Positions 1 to 9,798 of a stretch of 33,145 nt of DNA are shown one piece after another. The notes beneath the pieces were generated by a model. It saw only the letters and a list, made by a program, of their open reading frames with translations. It was not told the DNA's origin and did no database searches. Made by a program: the position numbers and the translations under genes. Within the stretch, counting starts at the first letter, position 1. Every line of letters starts with the position of its first letter. The DNA is from a virus: IMG/VR virus record IMGVR_UViG_3300029904_000005, positions 64,001-97,145 of that record, one strand, 5' to 3'.

Positions 1-2
1 TT

Positions 3-494
3 TCCCTGGTCAAATAATATAGTAAACCATTTTTTCTTTATATAAGCTTCCAAAGCTCTTGTAAAGCTGCTATTATCAGGAAGAAGAGGAAATCCATCCT
101 TATCAACAGCTATAGCATGATAGGCAATTTCTATATCACACTCCTCTACTGAAGTAAAAATAACATTCCCTTGTATCTTATAAGTAAACTCAATATAATC
201 TTTATTACAAGGTTTCTTGCAGTCACTCATATGGAAAGAGTCTGTAGAATATCTGAATGCAGGACCATCTTTTTTTCTGACTTGAATCATAGTATAGTAA
301 TCACATGGAAGACAGGCTCTATAATCATCAACATGGAGTACCTCAGTCTTTTCAAAAAACATTGAGGGGACTCCCATTAATCTCATGAAATCAATTGTAT
401 AATCTACAGCTGTCTCCAGAGGTATATCCTGCAGCATAGGATGTCTTAATGTCTTATCCATGATAAGACGAATGCTTACATATTGTTCACTCAT
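3..494 (-). CDS. Tail tubular/ring protein (phiCrAss001 ring protein 1-like), truncated by the window edge
   Basis: Absent from the ORF track because it has no stop in the window. Manual translation from ATG 494 (MSEQYVSIRLIMDKTLRHPMLQD...ALEAYIKKKWFTILFDQG) stays open to the edge. The start overlaps the upstream stop, and the position after the IHF-like gene fits crAss synteny. Confidence 0.65.
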   Translation of the reverse strand, partial: MSEQYVSIRLIMDKTLRHPMLQDIPLETAVDYTIDFMRLMGVPSMFFEKTEVLHVDDYRACLPCDYYTMIQVRKKDGPAFRYSTDSFHMSDCKKPCNKDYIEFTYKIQGNVIFTSVEECDIEIAYHAIAVDKDGFPLLPDNSSFTRALEAYIKKKWFTILFDQG

Positions 495-1047
495 ATTTTA
501 ATCTTCTTTTAAGAAGGAAAGCATCAATTAAATCCTCATCAACATTCTTATAAAACTTTTCCAAAAAAGGTACATGTGGAATAAATTCATAAAAAGTCTT
601 ATTAGTATAATCTGCTACCCCTCTATTGTAATATATTCTAAATATCTCCTTTTTCTGGACTTTAACAAGTGTCTTATTCTTATAGGCCTCCTTGTCCTCA
701 TACCATAACCTGAGTGTCTTGTTCCAGTCAACGGGAAAACTTGTCTTGACCCCATTCTCTTTTAACTTTATCTTAGGTATATATTTTCTTATCTCAAGTC
801 TACCCATATGGTGAGGAAAAGTAATATCCTCCCCAAGTGCAAGAGCATCACCAAGTATCTGATTGACTCTTCTTATTATAGCAAAATACTGTGACTCAGT
901 AAGCACATACTTTGATTCCTTAGGTTTATTTTTTCTATAGTATTTATATCCATCATATACTCCCCAAGAATTTCTAACCTTAAATTGTGGATTAGGTTTA
1001 TTGAGTAATCTGCTTCTAAACTCTTCAAAACTCTCATATTTTTCCAT
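487..1047 (-). CDS. IHF/HU-like DNA-binding protein of the crAss capsid-tail module
   Basis: HU-like segment 'IIRRVNQILGDALALGEDITFPHHMGRLEIRK'; basic protein; crAss synteny. Start placed at ATG 1047, just after the upstream stop. Confidence 0.6.
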   Translation of the reverse strand: MEKYESFEEFRSRLLNKPNPQFKVRNSWGVYDGYKYYRKNKPKESKYVLTESQYFAIIRRVNQILGDALALGEDITFPHHMGRLEIRKYIPKIKLKENGVKTSFPVDWNKTLRLWYEDKEAYKNKTLVKVQKKEIFRIYYNRGVADYTNKTFYEFIPHVPFLEKFYKNVDEDLIDAFLLKRRLKYE

Positions 1048-1048
1048 A

Positions 1049-1741
1049 CTAGTTCCTCTCAATCATCTTATTCTCCAAATCATCAGATGCATTATTCTCC
1101 TTATCAGAAGGTTTATATGAGGCTCCTGTAAGCTCTCTTATTACAGACTGCACAACAACAGAAACAAATGCTTCCTCAAGAGGAAACTCTGTATCAAGTA
1201 CATCACATATTTCATTGCATCCTTCAATACAAGACAACTTAGCTACATCCTTAGGATTCTGAAATATAGCAGTCATCTTTACTTTATTAAGATAAAGAAA
1301 TTGAGGATTAGTAGATTTAAAATATAAATAATTATCAGGTCCAAGAGAACAATAAATAATATTCTGAAGATACTTATTATAACCTATATATCTCATTCTA
1401 TCCCTACTAACAAATGTTATCTCACCCTGGTAATAATCTTGAGGATATACTCTGGTGTTACCTATCCCCAAAGTAAAAGGTATTTTATCCTTACTTCTTA
1501 AATAAGAACCTCCACTACAGGGTACTCCAGCTATTGCCGGCACTTCAATAAGGTCAAGACATATAGTTTGATAATTACTATCAGGAATAATTTTTCTTAC
1601 ATCAGAATATCTCTGTTTTAATATAAGTCCTCTGAACTTATCAAGCTGAAACATAATATGCTCTTCTGTAAAAGAGTAGTCATCACTCATGCCTTTTATC
1701 TCATCAAGACACATATATACTAATTCTCTATAAGTACTCAT
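1049..1741 (-). CDS. Tail ring protein (phiCrAss001 ring protein 2-like)
   Basis: ~230 aa and syntenic. Start moved to ATG 1741 (MSTYRELV) because the track start overlaps the promoter at 1769-1799. Confidence 0.55.
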   Translation of the reverse strand: MSTYRELVYMCLDEIKGMSDDYSFTEEHIMFQLDKFRGLILKQRYSDVRKIIPDSNYQTICLDLIEVPAIAGVPCSGGSYLRSKDKIPFTLGIGNTRVYPQDYYQGEITFVSRDRMRYIGYNKYLQNIIYCSLGPDNYLYFKSTNPQFLYLNKVKMTAIFQNPKDVAKLSCIEGCNEICDVLDTEFPLEEAFVSVVVQSVIRELTGASYKPSDKENNASDDLENKMIERN

Positions 1742-1768
1742 ATGCTGATATATAAATAAATAACCTTG

Positions 1769-1799
1769 CAAATATAGGAATTATTATCTATATTTACAA
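1769..1799 (-). promoter_or_regulatory. Bacteroidota sigmaA-type promoter (-33 TTG / -7 TAnnTTTG)
   Basis: Minus strand TTG-N20-TATATTTG. Confidence 0.75.
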
Positions 1800-1829
1800 G
1801 GTTATAATAAATTTACTTAACATCCACGA

Positions 1830-2219
1830 TTAAGGAAGTTTAAGTTCAATATCATCTACTTCTATAACTGTGTCATTTAACTTAGTCTTTACAACTTTAG
1901 TATTTTCAACATCAGTTACTCTATCCTTAAGGTCCTCTATATCTCTTCTCATATATGAGACATCAGATAAATGCAATGAATCCATACAGCAGCAATGTTT
2001 AGGAAATGGTATAATACAATGAGTACCGAATATCTTGTATATGGCATTCTGTATTGACCTGTAGTCAGAGTCATCAAGATACCCATCATAATCATGTGAG
2101 GTAAATTCCTCAACAGCTATGAGAAACAGTATGTCGTATACAGAGCTGTAATTGAGATATCCTGTACTGGACAAAAGTCTGAAGTATCTGTCCAGTATAT
2201 CATTAATCACCTTAGTCAT
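1830..2219 (-). CDS. Putative tail hub protein B-like structural protein
   Basis: Synteny and size. Probable start ATG 2219 overlaps the upstream stop (ATGACTAA). Confidence 0.45.
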   Translation of the reverse strand: MTKVINDILDRYFRLLSSTGYLNYSSVYDILFLIAVEEFTSHDYDGYLDDSDYRSIQNAIYKIFGTHCIIPFPKHCCCMDSLHLSDVSYMRRDIEDLKDRVTDVENTKVVKTKLNDTVIEVDDIELKLP

Positions 2220-2769
2220 AGCAGGAGCAGTTATCAATTTTTACTTCACTCTCCTTCATATGCCTTATATACCTATTGTAATAGTCAATGGCCTGTATGT
2301 AGTTGTTTGTGTTTATGGCAACCATGAAGGCCTTATATCTTAGGAAGGCATTAATGAAATTCCTTGGAACAACACACTTCCTCTCAACCTCTCGTACATA
2401 TCCCATCATATAGTCATACATAGGACAGAGCCACAATGTGACTCCTATAGTGTACTCATTGTCCATACCACAGGGAGTATCAGCAGAAGGAATGCCCTTT
2501 GTCTTCACATATACTATGAACATATTGTTATCTAGTGCAGGAAGAAGGTCTCCTTTACCAATTTCAACCCTAAAGCTCTTTACATCTCCTTCTATTTTCT
2601 TTGAATAGACAGGAGTACTACTTGGACCTGAATCAAGATAGGTGTCCTGAGTATCTACTATAATACTATCAAGGTAGACATTAGTATAATATTCCAAGTC
2701 TCTCACTGATACATCTATGATAAGTCTGGTACCATTAGGAATAATTCTCAATTCATTAAACTGAACCAT
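2212..2769 (-). CDS. Putative tail hub protein A-like structural protein
   Basis: 185 aa, beta-rich N-terminus and helical C-terminus; follows the auxiliary capsid gene as in phiCrAss001-type phages. Confidence 0.5.
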   Translation of the reverse strand: MVQFNELRIIPNGTRLIIDVSVRDLEYYTNVYLDSIIVDTQDTYLDSGPSSTPVYSKKIEGDVKSFRVEIGKGDLLPALDNNMFIVYVKTKGIPSADTPCGMDNEYTIGVTLWLCPMYDYMMGYVREVERKCVVPRNFINAFLRYKAFMVAINTNNYIQAIDYYNRYIRHMKESEVKIDNCSCYD

Positions 2770-2795
2770 AATCTGTCATAATTATACTATTAAAT

Positions 2796-2829
2796 ATTAA
2801 AATAAAGGGAGGGCCAGACCCCTCCCTTC
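2796..2829 (-). terminator. Intrinsic terminator
   Basis: AAGGGAGGG-GTCTGG-CCCTCCCTT hairpin followed by TATTTT. Confidence 0.7.
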
Positions 2830-2842
2830 TTATCAGTATGTC

Positions 2843-3886
2843 TTAAGCAGACACATCCAGAGTAGGTATTGTAAGTCCTGTGGCAGTGTTGATAGCTGCA
2901 ATAATATCATTAGTCAGCTTGTTGGCTGTCTGATTATTGGCTCCTATCTTAGGAACCACAATAGTGATGTCCTTTTCAGACTTCTGCACTGACTCATTGG
3001 CACCTACATAGGCATAATGAATATCAATAACATTGTACTTGTTATCAGGATTAACAAGATACTTGGTTCTGATTACATGAGGGAATCCTACCATTCTGTA
3101 TATGTCACCCCTCTCACCCATGCAAAAATACTCAAGGTCTGCAATCTTATGCCCATCAGGAATACTGTTAGTAGAAGTTACCTGCTTAACAGTGCCCCAG
3201 ATTCTCTCATCACCACTGGATATTATAGTATCAGGTTGTAGTGTGAAGTTAACAGGAACCTGCTCCATTACACCAAGAATCCACTCCTGAGGAGCTTCCT
3301 CAATTACAAGACCAGTATAAGTACCAGTCAATGAGCTTTCCTTGGTATCTTTGGTTACTTCTGTGGGTGTACCTGCTACAGTACCTGCATCAGAACCTCC
3401 TATTTCAAGGTAGAACTTCAATAGACCTTCCTCTTCCTTACTGAAGTTCTTTACTAAAGACAGAGCAAGGGTCTTGTAGAAATCTGAAGCAGTCATACCT
3501 GTAACTGCATGGACCATACCATATTTAAAGTATTGGTCTTCCTCTGACAAGCCAATATAGTTTCTGAAAGCAATTCTCAAGATATAATCTTGACCTGCTA
3601 CAGGAGTCCCACCATTGACACTTGCATCAAGGGTTAGCTTGTACTTAGCTAAGTCATGTGCCAAGTCATCAGCATCAGTTGCCTTTGCATACAAGATGTT
3701 CTTGATGTCAATCAAATCACTTCTTGTCATGCCGCCAGCACCCATATACTCAAAGTACAGATGAGTCTTAGCTGTATCAGCCTTTACTGCAATAGAGCCT
3801 GCTGCATCAGTTGCAATCACATTAGGAGTTTTTAATGCTTCTGCTACATAAAGCTGTCTTACTTGATTTGTACTAAATGTTGCCAT
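2843..3886 (-). CDS. Auxiliary (minor) capsid protein
   Basis: 347 aa; N-terminal 'STNQVRQLYVA' as recalled for the crAss auxiliary capsid protein; synteny; followed by its own terminator. Confidence 0.65.
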   Translation of the reverse strand: MATFSTNQVRQLYVAEALKTPNVIATDAAGSIAVKADTAKTHLYFEYMGAGGMTRSDLIDIKNILYAKATDADDLAHDLAKYKLTLDASVNGGTPVAGQDYILRIAFRNYIGLSEEDQYFKYGMVHAVTGMTASDFYKTLALSLVKNFSKEEEGLLKFYLEIGGSDAGTVAGTPTEVTKDTKESSLTGTYTGLVIEEAPQEWILGVMEQVPVNFTLQPDTIISSGDERIWGTVKQVTSTNSIPDGHKIADLEYFCMGERGDIYRMVGFPHVIRTKYLVNPDNKYNVIDIHYAYVGANESVQKSEKDITIVVPKIGANNQTANKLTNDIIAAINTATGLTIPTLDVSA

Positions 3887-3922
3887 TTCTAATTTAATAT
3901 TAAATTATACATTATTCTACTT

Positions 3923-4588
3923 CTATGAAGCCCATGCAGCTTTGGCAAGCTGCACAGCCCTGCTGAGAATTGCCCTATGTATTGCAGGATGTAATTGACA
4001 TTCAGTGACATAAGTCCTACCTTCAATTGACAGTCCTGAGTCAGTAAGGTCAGTGAGTATGATTGGTTGGGGCTTGGACAGGTACCTTACAGTATAGGAC
4101 TTTATAGGATACCTGCTTATCAACTCAATCTTGTTGTCTGACAGAAGTCTCAGCACCCTTCTGTCATTGTCCCTCCTAAAGGGATTCCTGCTTATGGAAT
4201 AGTAAGTGTCCTGTGTAACAGGTCTCACTACCACATTCCTCTGGTGGCAGCACTTAAGACATTCATCCTTTATCAGTGCTGTCTCATAGGTTATGAACCA
4301 CATGTCAGGAGGTATTGGGAAAAACACGGAATTTCCAGATACACCATCTCCCTCAACATAGCAGTCCATAGTCACCTGTTTTACAAGAGGATTGAGATAA
4401 GCTGAGGCTTCCTCAGTACCCTCAAAAGAAATACCATTGTATTTACCATTGTAAATATCACGCACTATTGACTCCTGTGCCTGTGTGAGGAACAAACTCT
4501 TCTCATACTCATTAAGGCCTGGAGCAGCATTACTCATTATATTATTGTAGAGCAAGTCAAACTCCAGTGAAAACTCCGGTGTTATCAT
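3923..4588 (-). CDS. Tail ring protein (crAssphage gene 74-like)
   Basis: 'EFDLLYNNIMSNAAPGLNEYEKSLFLTQAQ' N-terminus and 'CQLHPAIHRAILSRAV' C-terminus typical of crAss ring proteins. Confidence 0.65.
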   Translation of the reverse strand: MITPEFSLEFDLLYNNIMSNAAPGLNEYEKSLFLTQAQESIVRDIYNGKYNGISFEGTEEASAYLNPLVKQVTMDCYVEGDGVSGNSVFFPIPPDMWFITYETALIKDECLKCCHQRNVVVRPVTQDTYYSISRNPFRRDNDRRVLRLLSDNKIELISRYPIKSYTVRYLSKPQPIILTDLTDSGLSIEGRTYVTECQLHPAIHRAILSRAVQLAKAAWAS

Positions 4589-4589
4589 A

Positions 4590-5621
4590 TTACTGTTTTA
4601 GTTTTGCTTGAAGAGTAAAGAGCAGGTCCTGATGTTTAGGAGAATTAAGGTACTTTGCTGCTATATTCATAGTAGGCTCCTCATTCACCTCACATAAAGG
4701 AGTATTGTCACTCTTGAGGTACAGATAATTACCCCTATTTGAGATAAGTCCAGCCTCAATACATTTCTTGATAAGCACCTTAGTATTCAGCAGAGGGTCT
4801 GTAATTACTCTTAGGAATATCTTACTGTCAGCCTGAATAAGGTTATTAATCTTTGTCTGCAAGAACTCAAGTTTAGCTGAAGGAGAAGTAGGTCTACCAT
4901 CAATAGACTCAATTATTACTCTTAGAGTATCAATATCATTCTCAATCTTACCAAACTCCTTATAGCATCTCATTGTGGTGCTCATATTATCCTTAGCTGT
5001 CTTAGTCTCTTCACCTTCTGAGATGATGACAAATTGGTAGGTAGCCTTAGGATTGTCTTGCAATGTTTGCAGTGAAGGAGCAATAAAATCCTTATTTGCC
5101 AACAGTATTTTATATCTGATATAATCTTCTGGGTCAGCAAGATTAAGATAATTGTCCTGCTTAGTCAATCTTACTCTTGAGATACCATTCTCATTACTGT
5201 CATCCCAGAAATTATCAACTTTCTTATAAATGCTGAGGGCATTATATTCCAAGCCCATTACTTCCTCAAGGAAAGCCTTCTCTTTATCTGTAAGGACATT
5301 AACAAACATACCTGAGGATAGCCTTGGAACCACAAAAGTTCTTGTAGCATTCTCAGCCATGCCTCCAAATAGAACATGTTTAGGATTAGTAATCATACCA
5401 CCTTCCTTCGGAATATGCCTTACAATCACTCTTTCATTTCTCAAGCAGCTTACAAGGGTGTCATCTTCTACTGACATAGCCTTCCTAACTGGCTTTGAGG
5501 GACTTGTTTTTACTTCTTCTTTTGGTACTTCTTGTAGAGGCATCTCCTGCATTGGAGTCTCATCAATATCAAAGTCAGAAGCTGTGTAATCTACTTTCTC
5601 TTCCATTTTTTCTTTTGTCAT
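4590..5621 (-). CDS. Conserved crAss-like protein downstream of MCP (gene 75-like)
   Basis: 343 aa with an acidic, probably disordered N-terminus; directly downstream of MCP. Confidence 0.55.
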   Translation of the reverse strand: MTKEKMEEKVDYTASDFDIDETPMQEMPLQEVPKEEVKTSPSKPVRKAMSVEDDTLVSCLRNERVIVRHIPKEGGMITNPKHVLFGGMAENATRTFVVPRLSSGMFVNVLTDKEKAFLEEVMGLEYNALSIYKKVDNFWDDSNENGISRVRLTKQDNYLNLADPEDYIRYKILLANKDFIAPSLQTLQDNPKATYQFVIISEGEETKTAKDNMSTTMRCYKEFGKIENDIDTLRVIIESIDGRPTSPSAKLEFLQTKINNLIQADSKIFLRVITDPLLNTKVLIKKCIEAGLISNRGNYLYLKSDNTPLCEVNEEPTMNIAAKYLNSPKHQDLLFTLQAKLKQ

Positions 5622-5637
5622 ATCTTCTCCTTTTATT

Positions 5638-5678
5638 AAAAAAAAAATAAGGGAGCAGGAGCAATTCCTACTCCCTTT
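5638..5678 (-). terminator. Intrinsic terminator after MCP
   Basis: AAGGGAGTAGGA-ATTGC-TCCTGCTCCCTT followed by a 10-nt T run. Confidence 0.85.
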
Positions 5679-5684
5679 GTATCA

Positions 5685-7199
5685 TTAGCCCTGTAGTACA
5701 GCAGGGATTAGTGACATAGTTCTTGTAGGGTCAAGCACACAGATACCAAGTGTAGCCATTCTGTGAATAACTGCTGAGTCCTCATCAAATGACATATAAG
5801 GATTACCCTTTTGTCCAGTGAAAGGATTTCTCAGACCCCACTGATAACCTCTGTATTCATTATCTCCCTTAATCCTACACTTGAAGATATTAGGCTGGTC
5901 CATAGTACCAATGTACATAATATCATATCTGTAAGACATAGCCACACCTCCAAGAGGATGAAGGATTTTATTTCTTACTGGGTCATCATAGAACGGGTCT
6001 ACATCAATCTTAACTCTCACCCCATTAGGTGCCTGATACTCTACAAATTGGAAACCAGCACTTAGTGAGTTCTTGTGTAGTTGAGAGTTAGTCTTCTGGA
6101 TAACTCCAATAGAGTTATTATCAAGAACAAACTGAGTCCAACCAGAGATTGTCTTCAGCACTTCCTTGTGGAATTGGATAGCACCTCTTTCACCTGTCTT
6201 AATTAAGAAGTATCTATCATTAAAGTCCAACTTAGAAGCAGATAGTTCATATAGTGCATCCTCAAGTAACTTCAGTGAGAATGTATTGTAATACATGGTG
6301 TTGGCAACTTCCATTTGCTCAAACAGACCAGCACCAGTCTTGATTACATTACCTGATTTACCAAAGTTCATGTACTCACCATTAGCATTTCTGTTAGAAG
6401 TACCAAATGCAAGTGCATTATTCTTATACTCAGAGAACTGACACTCTACTTCCCAATCTACATTGTGCATCCACATTGTAGCCACAGACTTAACAAGCTT
6501 GCCTCCCTCAGTTGCCTTAGTAATAGGCACACCTACAGCCAACTTCTTATTAAGCATATTACCCGGGACTTTGTGTTGGATTCTGATTGTAGACCACTCA
6601 TTTCTCATAGAAACAGGGCTTGTGAATCTTACATCACCAACCTTTCTTGACAGTTCCTTCTCTACAGGAGCAAAATCTATAGAGAATTTCTCACCTGCAA
6701 GCAGCCTCTCAGCAGGACATCCTGTAGTGTTACCTCCCATCAGTTCCACCTTGTAGACAGCATTAGTTCCTTCCATCCTTGCATCACCAAGGATTCTGAA
6801 AGGATATACTTGATTCAAGTGACCTACAATTACTTCACCATCAGCAAACCAATCCTCTGGGAACACCAAATAGAAAGGTGTAGTGCCTACACCCACATTA
6901 CCACTACCAGCAGTAACTACAGTTCCATTCTCATCTCTTGCCTCAACAAGAGGAATGTTTCTTCTTGAAGAACCAATTACATCCCAGTAATACTCACTGT
7001 CATCCTCAAATTCCCTTGAGGGGAATTGATTCAGGAATGTATCAAGGGTCTTTCCTCTATAGTAGGCAAGCAATTGAACCATCAGGTTTGTAGCCTTCTG
7101 TGGAGCTAACTGAAAGATAGAACCCAAGTGATTTTCCTTGGTAAGTCCCTTCCAGTGTTGGAAACCCACCATTTGAAATTTACCTAACTTTCCAGCCAT
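5685..7199 (-). CDS. Major capsid protein (HK97 fold, crAss type)
   Basis: 504 aa; crAss MCP-like sequence (WKGLTKENHLGSIF, IKTGAGLFEQME, DPTRTMSLIPA); follows the scaffold gene; strong terminator. Confidence 0.9.
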   Translation of the reverse strand: MAGKLGKFQMVGFQHWKGLTKENHLGSIFQLAPQKATNLMVQLLAYYRGKTLDTFLNQFPSREFEDDSEYYWDVIGSSRRNIPLVEARDENGTVVTAGSGNVGVGTTPFYLVFPEDWFADGEVIVGHLNQVYPFRILGDARMEGTNAVYKVELMGGNTTGCPAERLLAGEKFSIDFAPVEKELSRKVGDVRFTSPVSMRNEWSTIRIQHKVPGNMLNKKLAVGVPITKATEGGKLVKSVATMWMHNVDWEVECQFSEYKNNALAFGTSNRNANGEYMNFGKSGNVIKTGAGLFEQMEVANTMYYNTFSLKLLEDALYELSASKLDFNDRYFLIKTGERGAIQFHKEVLKTISGWTQFVLDNNSIGVIQKTNSQLHKNSLSAGFQFVEYQAPNGVRVKIDVDPFYDDPVRNKILHPLGGVAMSYRYDIMYIGTMDQPNIFKCRIKGDNEYRGYQWGLRNPFTGQKGNPYMSFDEDSAVIHRMATLGICVLDPTRTMSLIPAVLQG

Positions 7200-7216
7200 T
7201 TTCTTAAATTTTAATT

Positions 7217-7759
7217 TTAGTTATCTTTATAATACCATAGAAATTTATGACTTCTGTGTCCCAAAGTACAATTCCTGCCTCTACAAGCCATAGAGATACT
7301 AACATGATTTATTCCTGTCTTCTCTTCAGCTTCTCTTGTACTGTGATACTCAGCTATAATATTTCCTTCCAAATCTTTTTGTATTACTCTTTTATTACTA
7401 TCAGAATTTATTCTACATTTCTTTTTCATTTCTGTTACAACTTCAGGAGTTAAGTGATATTCTATATCACCTCCAGTTGTTAAATTATATAATGAATACC
7501 CATTATCCCTAAAATGAGTAATAAAAATTCTTTCAAGTAAGTTTAGTGAGTCATAATCACAGTAGGCAAGAACTTTGTACTCCCAAACTTCTGGAGTATC
7601 CTTATATTTGTTTCTTACATTATTTATGTATCTTCCTCCATAGTAATACCTATTCTTATCTAAAAATTGGGATTTTCTAAGTGATAGGTTTCTTGTTTGT
7701 CCGATATATACCTTACCTGTGATTTTGTTCTTCCATAAGTAAATACCTGATTTATACAT
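7217..7759 (-). CDS. Free-standing GIY-YIG homing endonuclease with C-terminal NUMOD1-like HTH
   Basis: 'SGIYLWKNKITGKVYIGQT', conserved Arg, 'LE..FI' and 'YNLTTGG'; C-terminal 'VIQKDLEGNIIAEYHSTREAEEKTGI'; AT-rich relative to its neighbours. Confidence 0.9.
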   Translation of the reverse strand: MYKSGIYLWKNKITGKVYIGQTRNLSLRKSQFLDKNRYYYGGRYINNVRNKYKDTPEVWEYKVLAYCDYDSLNLLERIFITHFRDNGYSLYNLTTGGDIEYHLTPEVVTEMKKKCRINSDSNKRVIQKDLEGNIIAEYHSTREAEEKTGINHVSISMACRGRNCTLGHRSHKFLWYYKDN

Positions 7760-8924
7760 CTAAATCCCAACCTTTTCCAATGAAAGATTCTGGGTCATCC
7801 TCAACTCCACTTACAAACTTCAAATTTCCATCTAATGTTCTTGATGTATTGTTGAGAGTATGTTCTAATTCCCTAAGACCTTTCTTTACTTCTTTTCTCA
7901 CCTTACCTTTCACCAGACCATCAAGGTTCTTAAAGCCATCAGTCAGTGTGAAAAGCAAGCCTACATTCTTAAGAAACTCAGTTCTGTTCTCCATTTCATA
8001 TCTCTGTATGGCTGTGAACAGTTCCCCTGTTTCAGGGTCTTTGTAAACAGGCTTGCTGATATTATCAAATACTTTCTGTCTTGTGGCTTTATCTATTTGG
8101 ATATCCCCAAATACTTTAGTATCCTCAAGGATAGATTTCCTTAATTTTTCAGCCTGCTCTTTTCTTTCCTGAGTTTCTCTTTTCTCCTCTTCTTGAGCTT
8201 CCTTAACAAGATTATCATACTCATTTTGGAAGAACTCCTTATTACTTGCTAAAGCCTCTTTAGCATCTTCTATATCAGTACCAGAGTTAAAGGATTTCTG
8301 CACTTCTCTTTGTGCTCTTTCCTTACTATAACCTCTGTTAATGAAATCTTGGAAAATGAGTTGCTGTCTCAATTTCTCACCCTTGTCAGTCTCATCAGAG
8401 ATTGCACTGTCTTGAAGAGAGTTAAGATAGCTGAGTGTATTCTCATATCTTTTTATCTCAGAAGGTTCAATGCCAGCATTCAATGCTGCATCTATTCTCT
8501 TCTGTCTCTCATCAAATCTTGCTTGAATCTGTTTCTCAACAGCCTCAGCAAAGTCCTCAGGTGCTTTAATATTATCAGCAGTCTCATCATCAAGGTCTGG
8601 GAAGATACCTTCTTCTTTCAAGGCTTTGGCAATGGAAGAGTAGAAGTTGTTTTTGGGAGAAGTACCTTTTTCCTTGTCAGATTCAGTACCTTCCTTTTCC
8701 TTATTATCCTCTTTTCCACTACCTACGCTCTCTAGTTCCTCTGTAAATAAAGTATCTACATCAACAACCTCAGTAGTTTCTTCTTTATTCTTTTCTTTAT
8801 CCTCCTCATTAGGAGTCTCCTCATTAGCAGGTGGAGTTTCCTGTGTTTCCCCATCATCTACAAACAGATTTTCTATCTCATCTGCTCCTAAGATGTTATC
8901 TAAACTAAGCTCTTCTACTTCCAT
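7752..8924 (-). CDS. Putative capsid scaffolding protein (gene 77-like)
   Basis: Highly acidic 390-aa protein with coiled-coil character, upstream of MCP. Confidence 0.6.
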   Translation of the reverse strand: MEVEELSLDNILGADEIENLFVDDGETQETPPANEETPNEEDKEKNKEETTEVVDVDTLFTEELESVGSGKEDNKEKEGTESDKEKGTSPKNNFYSSIAKALKEEGIFPDLDDETADNIKAPEDFAEAVEKQIQARFDERQKRIDAALNAGIEPSEIKRYENTLSYLNSLQDSAISDETDKGEKLRQQLIFQDFINRGYSKERAQREVQKSFNSGTDIEDAKEALASNKEFFQNEYDNLVKEAQEEEKRETQERKEQAEKLRKSILEDTKVFGDIQIDKATRQKVFDNISKPVYKDPETGELFTAIQRYEMENRTEFLKNVGLLFTLTDGFKNLDGLVKGKVRKEVKKGLRELEHTLNNTSRTLDGNLKFVSGVEDDPESFIGKGWDLDV

Positions 8925-8955
8925 ATCTTCTACTTCTTGATATTAAACATCAGTG

Positions 8956-8986
8956 CAAAGATATATGTGATTTCGGACTTATGCAA
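8956..8986 (-). promoter_or_regulatory. Bacteroidota sigmaA-type promoter for scaffold/MCP
   Basis: TTG-N20-TATCTTTG. Confidence 0.75.
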
Positions 8987-9039
8987 GTATATAAAGAGTA
9001 TTCTTATAATAATATAAGGAAAATACTTATTCTATATGC

Positions 9040-9072
9040 AAAAAGAAAGGGCAAGATATTAATCCTGCCCTA
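9040..9072 (-). terminator. Intrinsic terminator
   Basis: AGGGCAGGAT-TAAT-ATCTTGCCCT followed by TTCTTTTT. Confidence 0.75.
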
Positions 9073-9078
9073 ATTTAA

Positions 9079-9708
9079 TTAGTCTTCTTTGAAGTAATTC
9101 CATAGCTTGAAGCCACCCTTATAGTCATCATCCTTGAACCAGAATATAACAGCAGACTCAATTATCTTCTGCTCTACTCCATCACCAAACCATGACTTAA
9201 ATAATTCACAGTAATCATGATACTGTGCATTAATAGCTACATATACATCAGCATGAGTTATAGTCTGTGGTATGATACCCCTATATCTCTCACATACTTC
9301 TTTGGCTTTAGTCATGTCAAACTTTTCTCCAACATACTTTCTGCCATTCTCAAAGTGATACATATTGGATACCAAGTATTTTGCATAAGAGTCATTGAAG
9401 TGCTCATTACCAGCAGTACTTTTACCCTTCATAGCTCTCATCATCTCATACATATCCCCTTCACTCATACCTTCTGACATTCTATTGAATCTATCAAAGA
9501 ATCTATGCTGACCCCTATTACCTGAGTGGAACATATCATCAAAGTCATCAGGGTAATTATGTCTTCTCATGTAGAAGTCCTCATACATTCTATCAGGTAT
9601 TGGATAATCCTCATCACCATGATGTCTCATATAATGACTTCTATCACCCTTGGACATAAACTCCTTGAACCTATCCATGAACTCCTGCTCACTCATATTC
9701 TTACCCAT
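9079..9708 (-). CDS. Hypothetical protein with Met/Arg/His/Asp-rich low-complexity N-half and helical C-domain
   Basis: Start moved to ATG 9708 because the track start (9786) lies inside a terminator hairpin; 'YMRHH..D' / 'YMRRH..PDD' repeats. Confidence 0.6.
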   Translation of the reverse strand: MGKNMSEQEFMDRFKEFMSKGDRSHYMRHHGDEDYPIPDRMYEDFYMRRHNYPDDFDDMFHSGNRGQHRFFDRFNRMSEGMSEGDMYEMMRAMKGKSTAGNEHFNDSYAKYLVSNMYHFENGRKYVGEKFDMTKAKEVCERYRGIIPQTITHADVYVAINAQYHDYCELFKSWFGDGVEQKIIESAVIFWFKDDDYKGGFKLWNYFKED

Positions 9709-9765
9709 ACCTTTATTTCTGGAGATTATAAAATAAAAAGTTAGGATTATGTTGCTAATAGTGAT

Positions 9766-9798
9766 AAAAAAAAAGGTAGCTGTCATTTAGCTACCTTA
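9766..9798 (-). terminator. Intrinsic terminator overlapping the upstream stop codon
   Basis: AAGGTAGCT-AAATGAC-AGCTACCTT followed by a T run. Confidence 0.7.
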
